Shown here: positions 8,930 to 17,633 of the stretch, piece by piece
How the letters are laid out: each line of letters begins with the position of its first letter
Numbering within the stretch: position 1 is the first letter of the stretch
Assembly (NCBI GenBank): GCA_041500405.1
Contig: JBGQMB010000001.1
Span: forward strand, 9,490 to 73,489
Length of the DNA: 64,000 nucleotides
DNA from: Candidatus Micrarchaeia archaeon
Lineage (GTDB): Archaea; Micrarchaeota; Micrarchaeia; Anstonellales; J096
Direction: 5' to 3'
Made by a program: the position numbers and the translations under genes
Notes under the pieces: generated by a model
What the model was told of the DNA's origin: nothing
Database searches by the model: none
Seen by the model: only the letters and a program-made list of their open reading frames with translations

Positions 8930-10342
8930 ATGCTTGCACTGTTCAACAGCCTCACAAGGAAAACAGAGGCGTTCGTTCCCATCAGCGGCAAGTCCATCGG
9001 GCTTTACACCTGCGGGCCCACAGTCTACAATTATCCGCACATAGGCAATTACAGGGCATATATCTTCGAGGATATGCTTAGGCGCTGGCTTGAGTACAGG
9101 GGATACATGGTAATGCACATAATGAACATAACCGACGTTGACGACAAGACCATAAGGGACTCGCAGAAGGAGAAAATCCCGCTCAAGGCGTTCACTGCAA
9201 GGTACGAGAAGGCGTTTTTCGAGGACATAAAGACGCTAAACATAGAGCCTGCATACCTTTACCCAAGGGCGACGGAGCACATACCGGAAATGGTTGCCAT
9301 GATAAGGAAGCTGATGGACAAGGGGTATGCTTACAAGGGAGAGGACGGCTCAACCTATTTCTCAATCGCAAAATTCAAGGGCTATGGCAAGCTCTCCCAT
9401 CTTGACGTTTCAAAGCTCAAGGCCGGCGCAAGGGTCTCCCACGACGAGTACGAGAAGCAGCAGCTTGCGGATTTCGTGCTCTGGAAGGCCTGGGACGAAA
9501 AGGACGGAAATGTTTTCTGGGAAACGGAACTGGGAAAGGGAAGGCCGGGCTGGCACATTGAGTGCTCCGCGATGAGCATGAAATACCTCGGCGAGACTTT
9601 CGACATCCATTGCGGCGGAGTCGACAACATGTTTCCGCACCACGAGAACGAGATTGCGCAGAGCGAGGCAGCAAGCGGGAAAAAATTCGTGAATTGCTGG
9701 CTGCACGCCGAGCACCTCATGGTTGAAGGAAAGAAGATGAGCAAGAGCCTTGGCAATTTCTACACGCTAAGGGACCTGCTTTCAAAGGGCCACCATCCCA
9801 AGGCAATACGCTGGCTTCTGCTTTCCACGCATTACAGGCAGCAGCTGAACTTCACGTTCGGCGCGCTTGAGTCTTCTGCGAAAACCGTCCAGAACCTGCT
9901 GGACCTTGCGCTCAAGCTCAGATGCGCAAACGGAAAGCAGGATTACGAGACAGACAGGAAGGTGGAGGCATTCATTTCCAAGCTCATTTCCGGCTTTGAG
10001 AAAAACATGGACAACGACCTCCATATTTCTGAGGCGCTTGCAGAGCTGTTCAGCTTTGTTTCTGAGGTGAACAAGCTCCTTTTGCAGAACAAGATAAGCA
10101 AGGCCAATGCCGGGAAAATCCTTGACGCGCTTTTCAAGATTGACAGGGCGCTTGGCATAATCGGCGAAGGCGAAAAATTGCCTGAGGACGTGGCCAAGCT
10201 CATCGATGAAAGGAAGGCCGCAAGGAAGGCGAAGGACTGGAAAAGGGCGGACGAGCTGAGAAGCATGATAAAGGGCATGGGGTACAATGTGATGGACAGC
10301 GGGGACGATACGCTTGTCGGAGTTTCTGTAATTAAGCAATAA
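8930..10342 (+). CDS. cysS: Cysteinyl-tRNA synthetase
   Basis: CGPTVY, HIGN, GRPGWHIECSAM, KMSKS. Confidence 0.98.
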   Translation: MLALFNSLTRKTEAFVPISGKSIGLYTCGPTVYNYPHIGNYRAYIFEDMLRRWLEYRGYMVMHIMNITDVDDKTIRDSQKEKIPLKAFTARYEKAFFEDIKTLNIEPAYLYPRATEHIPEMVAMIRKLMDKGYAYKGEDGSTYFSIAKFKGYGKLSHLDVSKLKAGARVSHDEYEKQQLADFVLWKAWDEKDGNVFWETELGKGRPGWHIECSAMSMKYLGETFDIHCGGVDNMFPHHENEIAQSEAASGKKFVNCWLHAEHLMVEGKKMSKSLGNFYTLRDLLSKGHHPKAIRWLLLSTHYRQQLNFTFGALESSAKTVQNLLDLALKLRCANGKQDYETDRKVEAFISKLISGFEKNMDNDLHISEALAELFSFVSEVNKLLLQNKISKANAGKILDALFKIDRALGIIGEGEKLPEDVAKLIDERKAARKAKDWKRADELRSMIKGMGYNVMDSGDDTLVGVSVIKQ

Positions 10343-10344
10343 CT

Positions 10345-11001
10345 TTATGCAATGCCTTTGTCGATGTTGCTTAATATTGCCTTAAGTCCGTCTGCATCCT
10401 TGACATAATGGACCTTGCAGCCGAGTTTGTTGATGTATGACTCAAGCTCGTAGCCAAGGCTTTGCCTGAAGAACGGAGAGTATATTATAAGAGAGAACGG
10501 AACCCTGTCCCCTGCTATTATTTTGGGGTGTATCGCCTTCTTTGATGCCTTGACTTCCGGCTTTCCGTCGCTGAAAAGCTTATACAAATAATACGCGTAT
10601 GCGACCTCGCCCATCGCGCCAAGGCTGTTCCCGAGCATCAGGATGCAATCCCCGAAAAGGCAGTGCACAAGGTCCTGCTTGTACCAGCTGTGCGTGTCCA
10701 ATATTTCGTCGAATACCCTCTTTCCGTGCATTTCCGAATTGAGGTAAGGCTCAAGGTGGAGTATGCCGAATTCCTTGTCCTCGATCGGGACAGTTCCGTA
10801 AACCCTCTTTCCGTTTAGGCCCTTGTAGCGTGTTGCAATGTCGTAGCATATTCCGTTGTCCGGCAGGAGCACGATTTCGTGCTCGCTTATGGCTTTTGCT
10901 ATATTGTCAAGGTGCGAGTCAAAAACCGCCTTGTCCATGCCAAGAAGCTCAAGGAAATGGTATCTCACATCGCCTGGCCCAACGAGGCTTATCCTTAGCA
11001 T
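10345..11001 (-). CDS. Hypothetical protein, SLOG/LOG-like Rossmann fold
   Basis: N-terminal ISLVGPG; DCILMLGNSLGAMGE resembles the LOG PGGxGTxxE segment. Confidence 0.55.
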   Translation of the reverse strand: MLRISLVGPGDVRYHFLELLGMDKAVFDSHLDNIAKAISEHEIVLLPDNGICYDIATRYKGLNGKRVYGTVPIEDKEFGILHLEPYLNSEMHGKRVFDEILDTHSWYKQDLVHCLFGDCILMLGNSLGAMGEVAYAYYLYKLFSDGKPEVKASKKAIHPKIIAGDRVPFSLIIYSPFFRQSLGYELESYINKLGCKVHYVKDADGLKAILSNIDKGIA

Positions 11002-11004
11002 ATG

Positions 11005-11793
11005 TCAATGTTGCGGAGGCTCGGTTTTAATGCTTTCCCTTTTTCCGAAATTGAACCTGAAAAAAGGCAAAACCTTGAACCTCTTTGCCGTCTTGTCAAT
11101 GTTCAAAAGGCCTATCTGGGCCCCGCGGAGGCGCTTTTTGCAGATGTTGACAAGGCCTATCGCCAAGCCGTCAAGCTCGGCAATATTGTTGATTGTGGCA
11201 AGCGCAATGCCCCTCATATAGTTTATCTCGTTCACGCCGATTGCGGATATGGAGGCGGCAAAGCCCCTCATTTCTCCTATAACATTGAGCGAGTGCACAA
11301 GCCCAAGCGTGATGACTGCGGCAATGGGCCCGGCCCTGCCCAGGTCCGCCACAGAATACATGCCTCCAAATGACACCAATGCCTTGTGCAGCTCCTTTAT
11401 GTCTGTGATGGACAAAAGCAAAGACATCGTGGTGGCGCCTTCGGTCCTTTCAATGCTGCTTATAGCAACCCCTGCGCCGAGCGTATCCACGCTGATTCTG
11501 CACTTTCCAATCCTGTTCTCTGCCATAATGCCTGCCGCCAAAACGCTCTTTTCAGCAACCTCTATGTCGTTGGACGCCCCGACGCCGAGCGCGGACACGC
11601 CGCCCCTTGCAACCTTGATTTCATTGTCAGCTTCGCAGATACAGGCCGTTCCAACGGCGCCTTCCGCGCGCTCTATTTTGTTTTTTGCTGATGCGCAGAA
11701 CGCCAAGATGCCCCTGCTCCTTTGGGCCTCGTCCAGCCTAAGGTTTCCCCTGAGCATTATCTGCGGCATGCGCGCTGCCATCATTTTTTTCAT
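11005..11793 (-). CDS. Hypothetical protein with GxxIGLxN beta-repeats (LA_2272-like)
   Basis: Repeats GFAASISAIGVN, GIALATIN, GLAIGLVN, GAQIGLLN; ends VLPFFRFNF. Confidence 0.6.
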   Translation of the reverse strand: MKKMMAARMPQIMLRGNLRLDEAQRSRGILAFCASAKNKIERAEGAVGTACICEADNEIKVARGGVSALGVGASNDIEVAEKSVLAAGIMAENRIGKCRISVDTLGAGVAISSIERTEGATTMSLLLSITDIKELHKALVSFGGMYSVADLGRAGPIAAVITLGLVHSLNVIGEMRGFAASISAIGVNEINYMRGIALATINNIAELDGLAIGLVNICKKRLRGAQIGLLNIDKTAKRFKVLPFFRFNFGKRESIKTEPPQH

Positions 11794-11889
11794 GCATATC
11801 TTTAGTTAGTTATATTTTTTAAATGTTTGTGGAAGATAAAACAGATCCGGCGCATAAACCTTTTATATCTCCTTGGCATTTAGCTTTTC

Positions 11890-12195
11890 ATGGGAATAAT
11901 ATCTGAGTTCAAGGACTTCCTGCAGGAGTACAAGGTAATGGGCCTGGCAGTGGCGTTCATAATGGCTGTTGCGGCAACGGCGCTCGTGCAGTCGTTGGTC
12001 AGCAACATCATAATGCCGCTGGTTTCGCCGTTCATACCAGGCGGGGACTGGCAGACCGCGGTGCTTGCCATAGGGCCGTTTAACTTCGGCTGGGGCCCGT
12101 TCCTTGCTGCGCTGGTAAACTTCATCATAATCGCCTTTGCGGTGTTCCTTATCGCGAAGTCGCTGATGAAGGGAACCAAAGCCTCCAAGAAGTAA
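11890..12195 (+). CDS. mscL: Large-conductance mechanosensitive channel (short form)
   Basis: EFKDFL, VMGLAVAFIM, SLVSNIIMP, GPFLAALVNFIIIAF. Confidence 0.9.
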   Translation: MGIISEFKDFLQEYKVMGLAVAFIMAVAATALVQSLVSNIIMPLVSPFIPGGDWQTAVLAIGPFNFGWGPFLAALVNFIIIAFAVFLIAKSLMKGTKASKK

Positions 12196-12353
12196 ACCCT
12201 TTGTTTTTAATTTATTTTTTTAATTTCTGCTGGCGCTTAGCCAGACCCCATATTCTTTCATATAACCATTCCATCCCTCTTTTTACCCTTTACTCTATAC
12301 CAATCATCGTCCCACATGGCAAGTTTTTTAAAGAGTTATTTTTAAATGCCCTT

Positions 12354-13115
12354 GTGGCGCCTGCAAAAAAGGCAGAAAAAAGCGAAAAGGCCAATGACGG
12401 CAACGGAGGGGTATGCACAATGCTCAAAAAATACATTCAGATGTTCCCGTTCGTGAGGAAGGAGCTGGGCGAGCTTGCGGCAAACCCGAACAAGGCAATG
12501 CCCAAGGAGATAGAAAACTCGACGGCAATCCGCGGCCTGAAGGACGCGGCAATCTCCGCATTCGTCTTTTCCACAGTCATGTCGCTTTTCTGGATTATAT
12601 TTAGCATGCGGACCCTTCTGCCGGCGCTGGCGGCGATGCCCTTGGTCGTGGTTGGCATGGTGATAAGCGTATACGCAATTTCGCTTGTCGCGACGATTTT
12701 GTTAAACATTGTGCTTGAGCTGATTCCGACTGCCTGCGTGTATTATCTCATAGCAAAAGTCTTGGGCGGCAAGGGCTCATTTGGAAAGACCTTGGGAATG
12801 CTCAGCACGATATCGGCGCCTAGAAACCTCCTGCTCATCGCACTGCTTGTGATTTCGGGCATACTGATGGCGATTGTCAACACGTTCCTGGGAAGCCTTT
12901 ACACAATCGCATACATACTGGTAATTCTGGGCGGCACTGCGCTGGCGTTCTTCCAGCTTTACCTCAACTACAAGATGGTCAGGATGCTCCACGGCCTTTC
13001 AAGGGGCAAGTCCGTTGTGGTTGTCGCGATTCCGCCTTTGATGGCGATTGCAGTTGTGATGGCGCTTGTGTCATGGATAATTTCCATCGTTGCGTCCATA
13101 ATGCCCGCCGCCTAG
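12354..13115 (+). CDS. Yip1-family membrane protein (paralogue 1)
   Basis: About 5 TM; AKVLGGKGSFGKT and HGLS motifs; GTG start placed after a TTTTAAA box. Confidence 0.8.
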   Translation: MAPAKKAEKSEKANDGNGGVCTMLKKYIQMFPFVRKELGELAANPNKAMPKEIENSTAIRGLKDAAISAFVFSTVMSLFWIIFSMRTLLPALAAMPLVVVGMVISVYAISLVATILLNIVLELIPTACVYYLIAKVLGGKGSFGKTLGMLSTISAPRNLLLIALLVISGILMAIVNTFLGSLYTIAYILVILGGTALAFFQLYLNYKMVRMLHGLSRGKSVVVVAIPPLMAIAVVMALVSWIISIVASIMPAA

Positions 13116-13164
13116 GCGCGCGGGCCCGTTTCCATTTTTAAATTTTTCCTATCCAGCGTAGGCT

Positions 13165-13878
13165 ATGGCAGACAATTCTTGGGTTGTTGGTCTTAAGGAC
13201 CTGATAAGGAAATACATTATGATTTTCCCGTTCGTGAGGAAGAAGGAATTCACAGAAATAATAATAAACCCGGATTCCGCGATCCCGAACGAGATAAAGA
13301 CGTCCTCGATAGGCAAGGGATTCAAGGATGCAGTGGTGCCCTACCTTTTCATCGTCATCATAGGGTCCGTAATCAGCGCTTTGATAAGCATTGCAATGTC
13401 TGCGGCCGGACTTGGCGCTGCCGGGATTGTGAATACGGTAATATCAAGCGCCATCCAGTTCGTAATCGCGCTGGTCATCGCCCCCATTTTCCTTGCGGTT
13501 GCGCTGTTCCTGACAGCGGCGCTGTATTTCATCCTGGCAAAGGTGCTTGGCGGAAAAGGCAGTTTCGGGAAGACGATGGGCATGCTCGGCACCATAGTGG
13601 GCCCGATATGCCTGCTCAACATAATAACCAACATTTTGAGCGTGATACCGCTGGTTGCATGCATAGCGGCCATACCGGCGCTGGCAATAAGCATATACTG
13701 CCTTTACCTTAACTTCAGGATGGTCAAGGCGCTGCACAGCCTGGATGATATTAAGGCGGCGGTGGTCGTAATAATACCGATACTGCTGGCGATTGCGCTT
13801 ACCATTGCCGTGATAGCGGTGATGGCATCCATGCTGGGAATGGCGGCATACACGCAGGCATTGCCGTCCACGGGCTGA
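13165..13878 (+). CDS. Yip1-family membrane protein (paralogue 2)
   Basis: AKVLGGKGSFGKT; about 5 TM. Confidence 0.85.
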   Translation: MADNSWVVGLKDLIRKYIMIFPFVRKKEFTEIIINPDSAIPNEIKTSSIGKGFKDAVVPYLFIVIIGSVISALISIAMSAAGLGAAGIVNTVISSAIQFVIALVIAPIFLAVALFLTAALYFILAKVLGGKGSFGKTMGMLGTIVGPICLLNIITNILSVIPLVACIAAIPALAISIYCLYLNFRMVKALHSLDDIKAAVVVIIPILLAIALTIAVIAVMASMLGMAAYTQALPSTG

Positions 13879-13944
13879 ACCGGGATACATTTAAAAGTCT
13901 TTCCGGGCATGGATTGCACTTAGCGTTGACAATTGGGTGATTAT

Positions 13945-14058
13945 TTGGGCTCAAAACCAAGAAAATGGAAGAAGAAAGGCAAAATGAGATGGAAATGGAT
14001 AAAGAAGAGAAGAAAAAGGCTCAAGAGAAAGCTTAAGAGAAGGGTCGGCGAGCTTTGA
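13945..14058 (+). CDS. rpl41e: Ribosomal protein eL41 (not in ORF track)
   Basis: TTG start after a [45 protein letters not shown] matches the archaeal L41e pattern. Confidence 0.9.
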   Translation: MGSKPRKWKKKGKMRWKWIKKRRKRLKRKLKRRVGEL

Positions 14059-14107
14059 AGTTGCGTCGGACCCTCATTTTTTAAACATTTACTGCGCAAA
14101 ACAGAAT

Positions 14108-14836
14108 ATGGCAGAGAATTCCCTGATTATTACGCTGAAGGACTGGACAAGGAAATACATAATGCTTTTTCCGTATATTAGGAAAAAGGAATTCGCTGGT
14201 ATGGTAACCAACCCTGATTCCGCAATCCAGGCCGAGGTAAATTCAGCCTCAGCGTTGAAAGGGGTTGGTGATGCCATACTTTCGTTGTGGCTATACATAA
14301 TAACAAAGTCTTGTTTTGTTATAGTTTTGTTCCTTGCGGCAGTCATCATATCAGCTTTTGCCAGCAGAGCAGCAGGCGTCGCAAGCACATATAGCAGCGG
14401 AGAATTAATGGGCCCAATCGCAACCCTAGTTTTGAATTCAGCCAGTGCGCTCGTAATCTTGCCTTTTTTACTGGCCATTGGACTGTTTATTGCGGCCGTC
14501 ATATATTTTGTTGTCGCGAAGATACTCGGCGGAAAGGGAAGCTTCGGCAAGACGATGGGAATGCTCGGCACCATAGCAGGCATCGTATTCCTGCTCACGA
14601 TAATACCAGACATTTTGTGCATTATTCCATTTGGTATATTGATAGCGGCTATACCATTATTGGCCGTATTGATTTTCGCCCTTTACCTCAATTTCAAGAT
14701 GATCCAGAGCCTTCACGGACTCAGCGGCATCAAGGCAGCGGCCGTGGTGGTAATATCGTTGCTGATAATAACCGCTCCATTTATCCTTGCCGGAGCCGTG
14801 CTGTTAATGCTATTATTCAATTTTGCACATATGTAA
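14108..14836 (+). CDS. Yip1-family membrane protein (paralogue 3)
   Basis: AKILGGKGSFGKT; N-terminus similar to paralogue 2. Confidence 0.85.
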   Translation: MAENSLIITLKDWTRKYIMLFPYIRKKEFAGMVTNPDSAIQAEVNSASALKGVGDAILSLWLYIITKSCFVIVLFLAAVIISAFASRAAGVASTYSSGELMGPIATLVLNSASALVILPFLLAIGLFIAAVIYFVVAKILGGKGSFGKTMGMLGTIAGIVFLLTIIPDILCIIPFGILIAAIPLLAVLIFALYLNFKMIQSLHGLSGIKAAAVVVISLLIITAPFILAGAVLLMLLFNFAHM

Positions 14837-14874
14837 GTTCTGGCATCCGTGCTGGCGTGGGTTTAACGAATAGA

Positions 14875-16206
14875 TCATTTCGTTTCCTTGTACAGTTTCT
14901 CCATCCTTGCGTACAATCCCTTTCCGTTTTTTGCAGCAAGTTTTTCGTCCATCGAGCTTGCCCATATCCTTATCAGCGGCTCCGTTCCGCTTACCCTTAC
15001 CATAATCCAGTAATCCTTGTAGTCAACCCTTGTGGTCTCGTTGTCCATGTTTATTGCATTGTCCTTCTCGAACGTTTTCCTCACCTTTGCCATGAATTTT
15101 GCCGATTTTGCCTTGTCCATCATAAGCTTTTCCTTGTGTATGTGCCAAACCGGAAGCACGGAAACAAGGTTCTTCAGCTTTTTGCCGTCAAGCATCTCCA
15201 TTATCTTCAATGCGGTGAACATGCCGTCCTTTGCCAGGCTCAATTCCTTCCAGATTGTCCCGCCTACCTCCTCCCCGCCTGCCATCATGCCGTCTTCCAG
15301 CATCTTCTCGGCAACATAGGAAGCCCCGACCTTCGTGTACCTTACCTTGAAGCCGGCCTTTTCCGCAATGTGGTTCACGAGCTTCGAGCTTGCAATCGTT
15401 GTCGCAACGTCCCCCTTCAGCCCCTCCTCGTACATCTTCTTCACTGCAAGCGAGAACACAACATCCCCGCTTACGAAATTTCCGTTTTCATCAACCATGC
15501 TCAGCCTGTCGCCATCCCCGTCAAAGGCCAGGCCAGGCAGGCCCTGGCTCCTGCATGTTTCCATGAGCAGCTTGAGGTTTGCCTGCGAGGGCTCCGACTC
15601 CCTTCCGGGGAAGTTTCCGTCCATCGTGGCGTTGAGCCAAACGGTGTCCAGCTCAAGCTCCCTGAGTATCTTTGAGAATATGTCAACAGTGACGCCGTTT
15701 CCGTAGTCAACCACAAACCTCTTTCCCTTCAGCTTTTTCCTGTCTATGAGCTCAAGCACCCTTTCTATGTAGAATGCGGATGCGCTCTCGCGCCTGTCCC
15801 TATCCTTTCCAACGCAGTTCCAGTTTGCAAGGCTCGTGCCCTTCGCGACCATTTTGTTTGACGTTTCCTTGTTTATGATTACGCCTCTCCTGTCGGCTAT
15901 CTTTATGCCGTTGTACTCCGGAGGGTTGTGGCTCGCCGTGACTATGAAAAGGCCGTCATACCTCTTGAATGTGTTGTAGAACTCCGCAACCGGGCTCGGG
16001 CAGTATCCAAGCTCTATGGCATCGCTTCCGCCGTCCATTATGCCGGAAATCAGGCTATGGTATATTGAAGGCGATGTAAGCCTGTGGTCCATCGCAACGA
16101 CGATGTTCTTGCCCAGCTGGGGCGCGAAAATGTTGCCTATCTCGTATGCAGTCCTGCCGTTTATCTCGTCGAATAGCCCCCTGACGCCCGATGTTCCGAA
16201 GTCCAT
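14875..16206 (-). CDS. Alpha-D-phosphohexomutase (PGM/PMM/GlmM family)
   Basis: FGTSGVRG, TASHNP, FDGDGDR, GEE, VSGTEP. Confidence 0.93.
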   Translation of the reverse strand: MDFGTSGVRGLFDEINGRTAYEIGNIFAPQLGKNIVVAMDHRLTSPSIYHSLISGIMDGGSDAIELGYCPSPVAEFYNTFKRYDGLFIVTASHNPPEYNGIKIADRRGVIINKETSNKMVAKGTSLANWNCVGKDRDRRESASAFYIERVLELIDRKKLKGKRFVVDYGNGVTVDIFSKILRELELDTVWLNATMDGNFPGRESEPSQANLKLLMETCRSQGLPGLAFDGDGDRLSMVDENGNFVSGDVVFSLAVKKMYEEGLKGDVATTIASSKLVNHIAEKAGFKVRYTKVGASYVAEKMLEDGMMAGGEEVGGTIWKELSLAKDGMFTALKIMEMLDGKKLKNLVSVLPVWHIHKEKLMMDKAKSAKFMAKVRKTFEKDNAINMDNETTRVDYKDYWIMVRVSGTEPLIRIWASSMDEKLAAKNGKGLYARMEKLYKETK

Positions 16207-16313
16207 ATTCAACAATTCTTGATATAATGCTTAAAAAGGTTTCAATTTTCCGCCGAACCATAAACATATAAAAACAGTTATATACACAGATTACTCTTCA
16301 TATAGGTGCCAAA

Positions 16314-17579
16314 ATGAGCGAAACGTCACATAAGCAAAAAAGACATAAGGACCACCCGGCGGCAAGGCTGGGGAAGTTCTTCTTTGAATCAAAGGAGGGC
16401 GCAAAAAGGCTGCTGCCGCTCAAGCTGGCCCTTAAAAGGCAGGAGCATTTTGAGAGGCTTACGATAGCGGCAATACAGGAGATATCCGCGGACGCCCTGT
16501 TCTTTGTCGGCATGGACAAGAAGGTAATAAGCTGCAGCGACTCCGCATCTGGCATCTTCGGGTACGGAAAAGGCGAGCTTATTGGCATGGACGCATCAGT
16601 GTTCCTTCCAAGTGAGGATAAGGTAAGGCCGGTGCACGGCCAAATAGCAAAGAGGGTTTGCACATTCATAAGGAAGGACGGCTCAACGTTTTCTGGGGAG
16701 CTTTGCGGAAAGGTCGTGAACGACCATAAAGGCAAGCCCTCTTTCGTCGTGATTTCAGTTTGGGACACCACAGACAGGGAAAGGAGCCTCATGGAGCAAA
16801 AAGCCGAGAGCGCGACAATAGTTGGCAGCGGCCTTGCGCACGACATCAACAACATGTTGGGTGCAGTTTTGGGCAATGTTGAACTGGCGAAAAGCAATGT
16901 CCCGCAGCATGGAATGGACCATGCCAACCCGGCCAAGTGCCTGGCGTACTTGTCAAAGGCCATGGAATCAATCATGGCGATAAGGGGGCTCACGCAAATG
17001 TTCAATGACATCTCAGGCTTTACAGTAATGAGGGGCGAGCGCGTTGACCTTGAGCCCATCATGGGCTATCTGTTCGACAAGATAAAGGACAATGCAGGCA
17101 AGGCAAACGTCAATCTCGATTTCACGGGCGGAAAGGATTGCGCATTCCTTGGGGACCCGATAAAGACATTGGAAATGCTTGAGATGTTCGCCGTAAACGC
17201 CATAGAGGCGATGGAAGGGAAGGGCGGAATCCTGCGCATAAGGGTGTTCAAAAGGAACATAGATGCAGCCGGGGCGCCGGGAGACCCGCTTAGCCCAAGC
17301 AGGTGGGCAAGGCGCGATGCGCAAGGAAGGGATTCGATAATGATAACAGTGGCGGATACCGGAAAAGGCATGGACGAAAAGACCAAAAGGAAGATATTTG
17401 ATCCCTATTTCTCCACCAAGGACAGGGGATCGCAGAAGGGCATGGGCCTGAGCCTTGCTGTTGCGCATTCCCTGATAAGCATATTCAAGGGGGACATAAA
17501 AGTGAATTCCGCTCCGGGCAAGGGAACGACCTTTTGGATGAGGTTTCCGGCGGCCGGCCAGGAGGACCGCAACATATAA
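16314..17579 (+). CDS. PAS-domain sensor histidine kinase
   Basis: PAS (IFGY...RKDG), H-box AHDINN, N-box NAIEAM, G1 DTGKGM, F-box IFDPYFSTK, G2 GMGLSL. Confidence 0.92.
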   Translation: MSETSHKQKRHKDHPAARLGKFFFESKEGAKRLLPLKLALKRQEHFERLTIAAIQEISADALFFVGMDKKVISCSDSASGIFGYGKGELIGMDASVFLPSEDKVRPVHGQIAKRVCTFIRKDGSTFSGELCGKVVNDHKGKPSFVVISVWDTTDRERSLMEQKAESATIVGSGLAHDINNMLGAVLGNVELAKSNVPQHGMDHANPAKCLAYLSKAMESIMAIRGLTQMFNDISGFTVMRGERVDLEPIMGYLFDKIKDNAGKANVNLDFTGGKDCAFLGDPIKTLEMLEMFAVNAIEAMEGKGGILRIRVFKRNIDAAGAPGDPLSPSRWARRDAQGRDSIMITVADTGKGMDEKTKRKIFDPYFSTKDRGSQKGMGLSLAVAHSLISIFKGDIKVNSAPGKGTTFWMRFPAAGQEDRNI

Positions 17580-17633
17580 AAGCATATTCTCCTGAATTAT
17601 CCTTTGCAAACTCATGATTAGCAGGTGTCAATA

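Noticed and set aside
14617..15675. 352-aa plus-strand ORF
   Set aside because: Antisense shadow of the phosphohexomutase; no motifs, atypical composition
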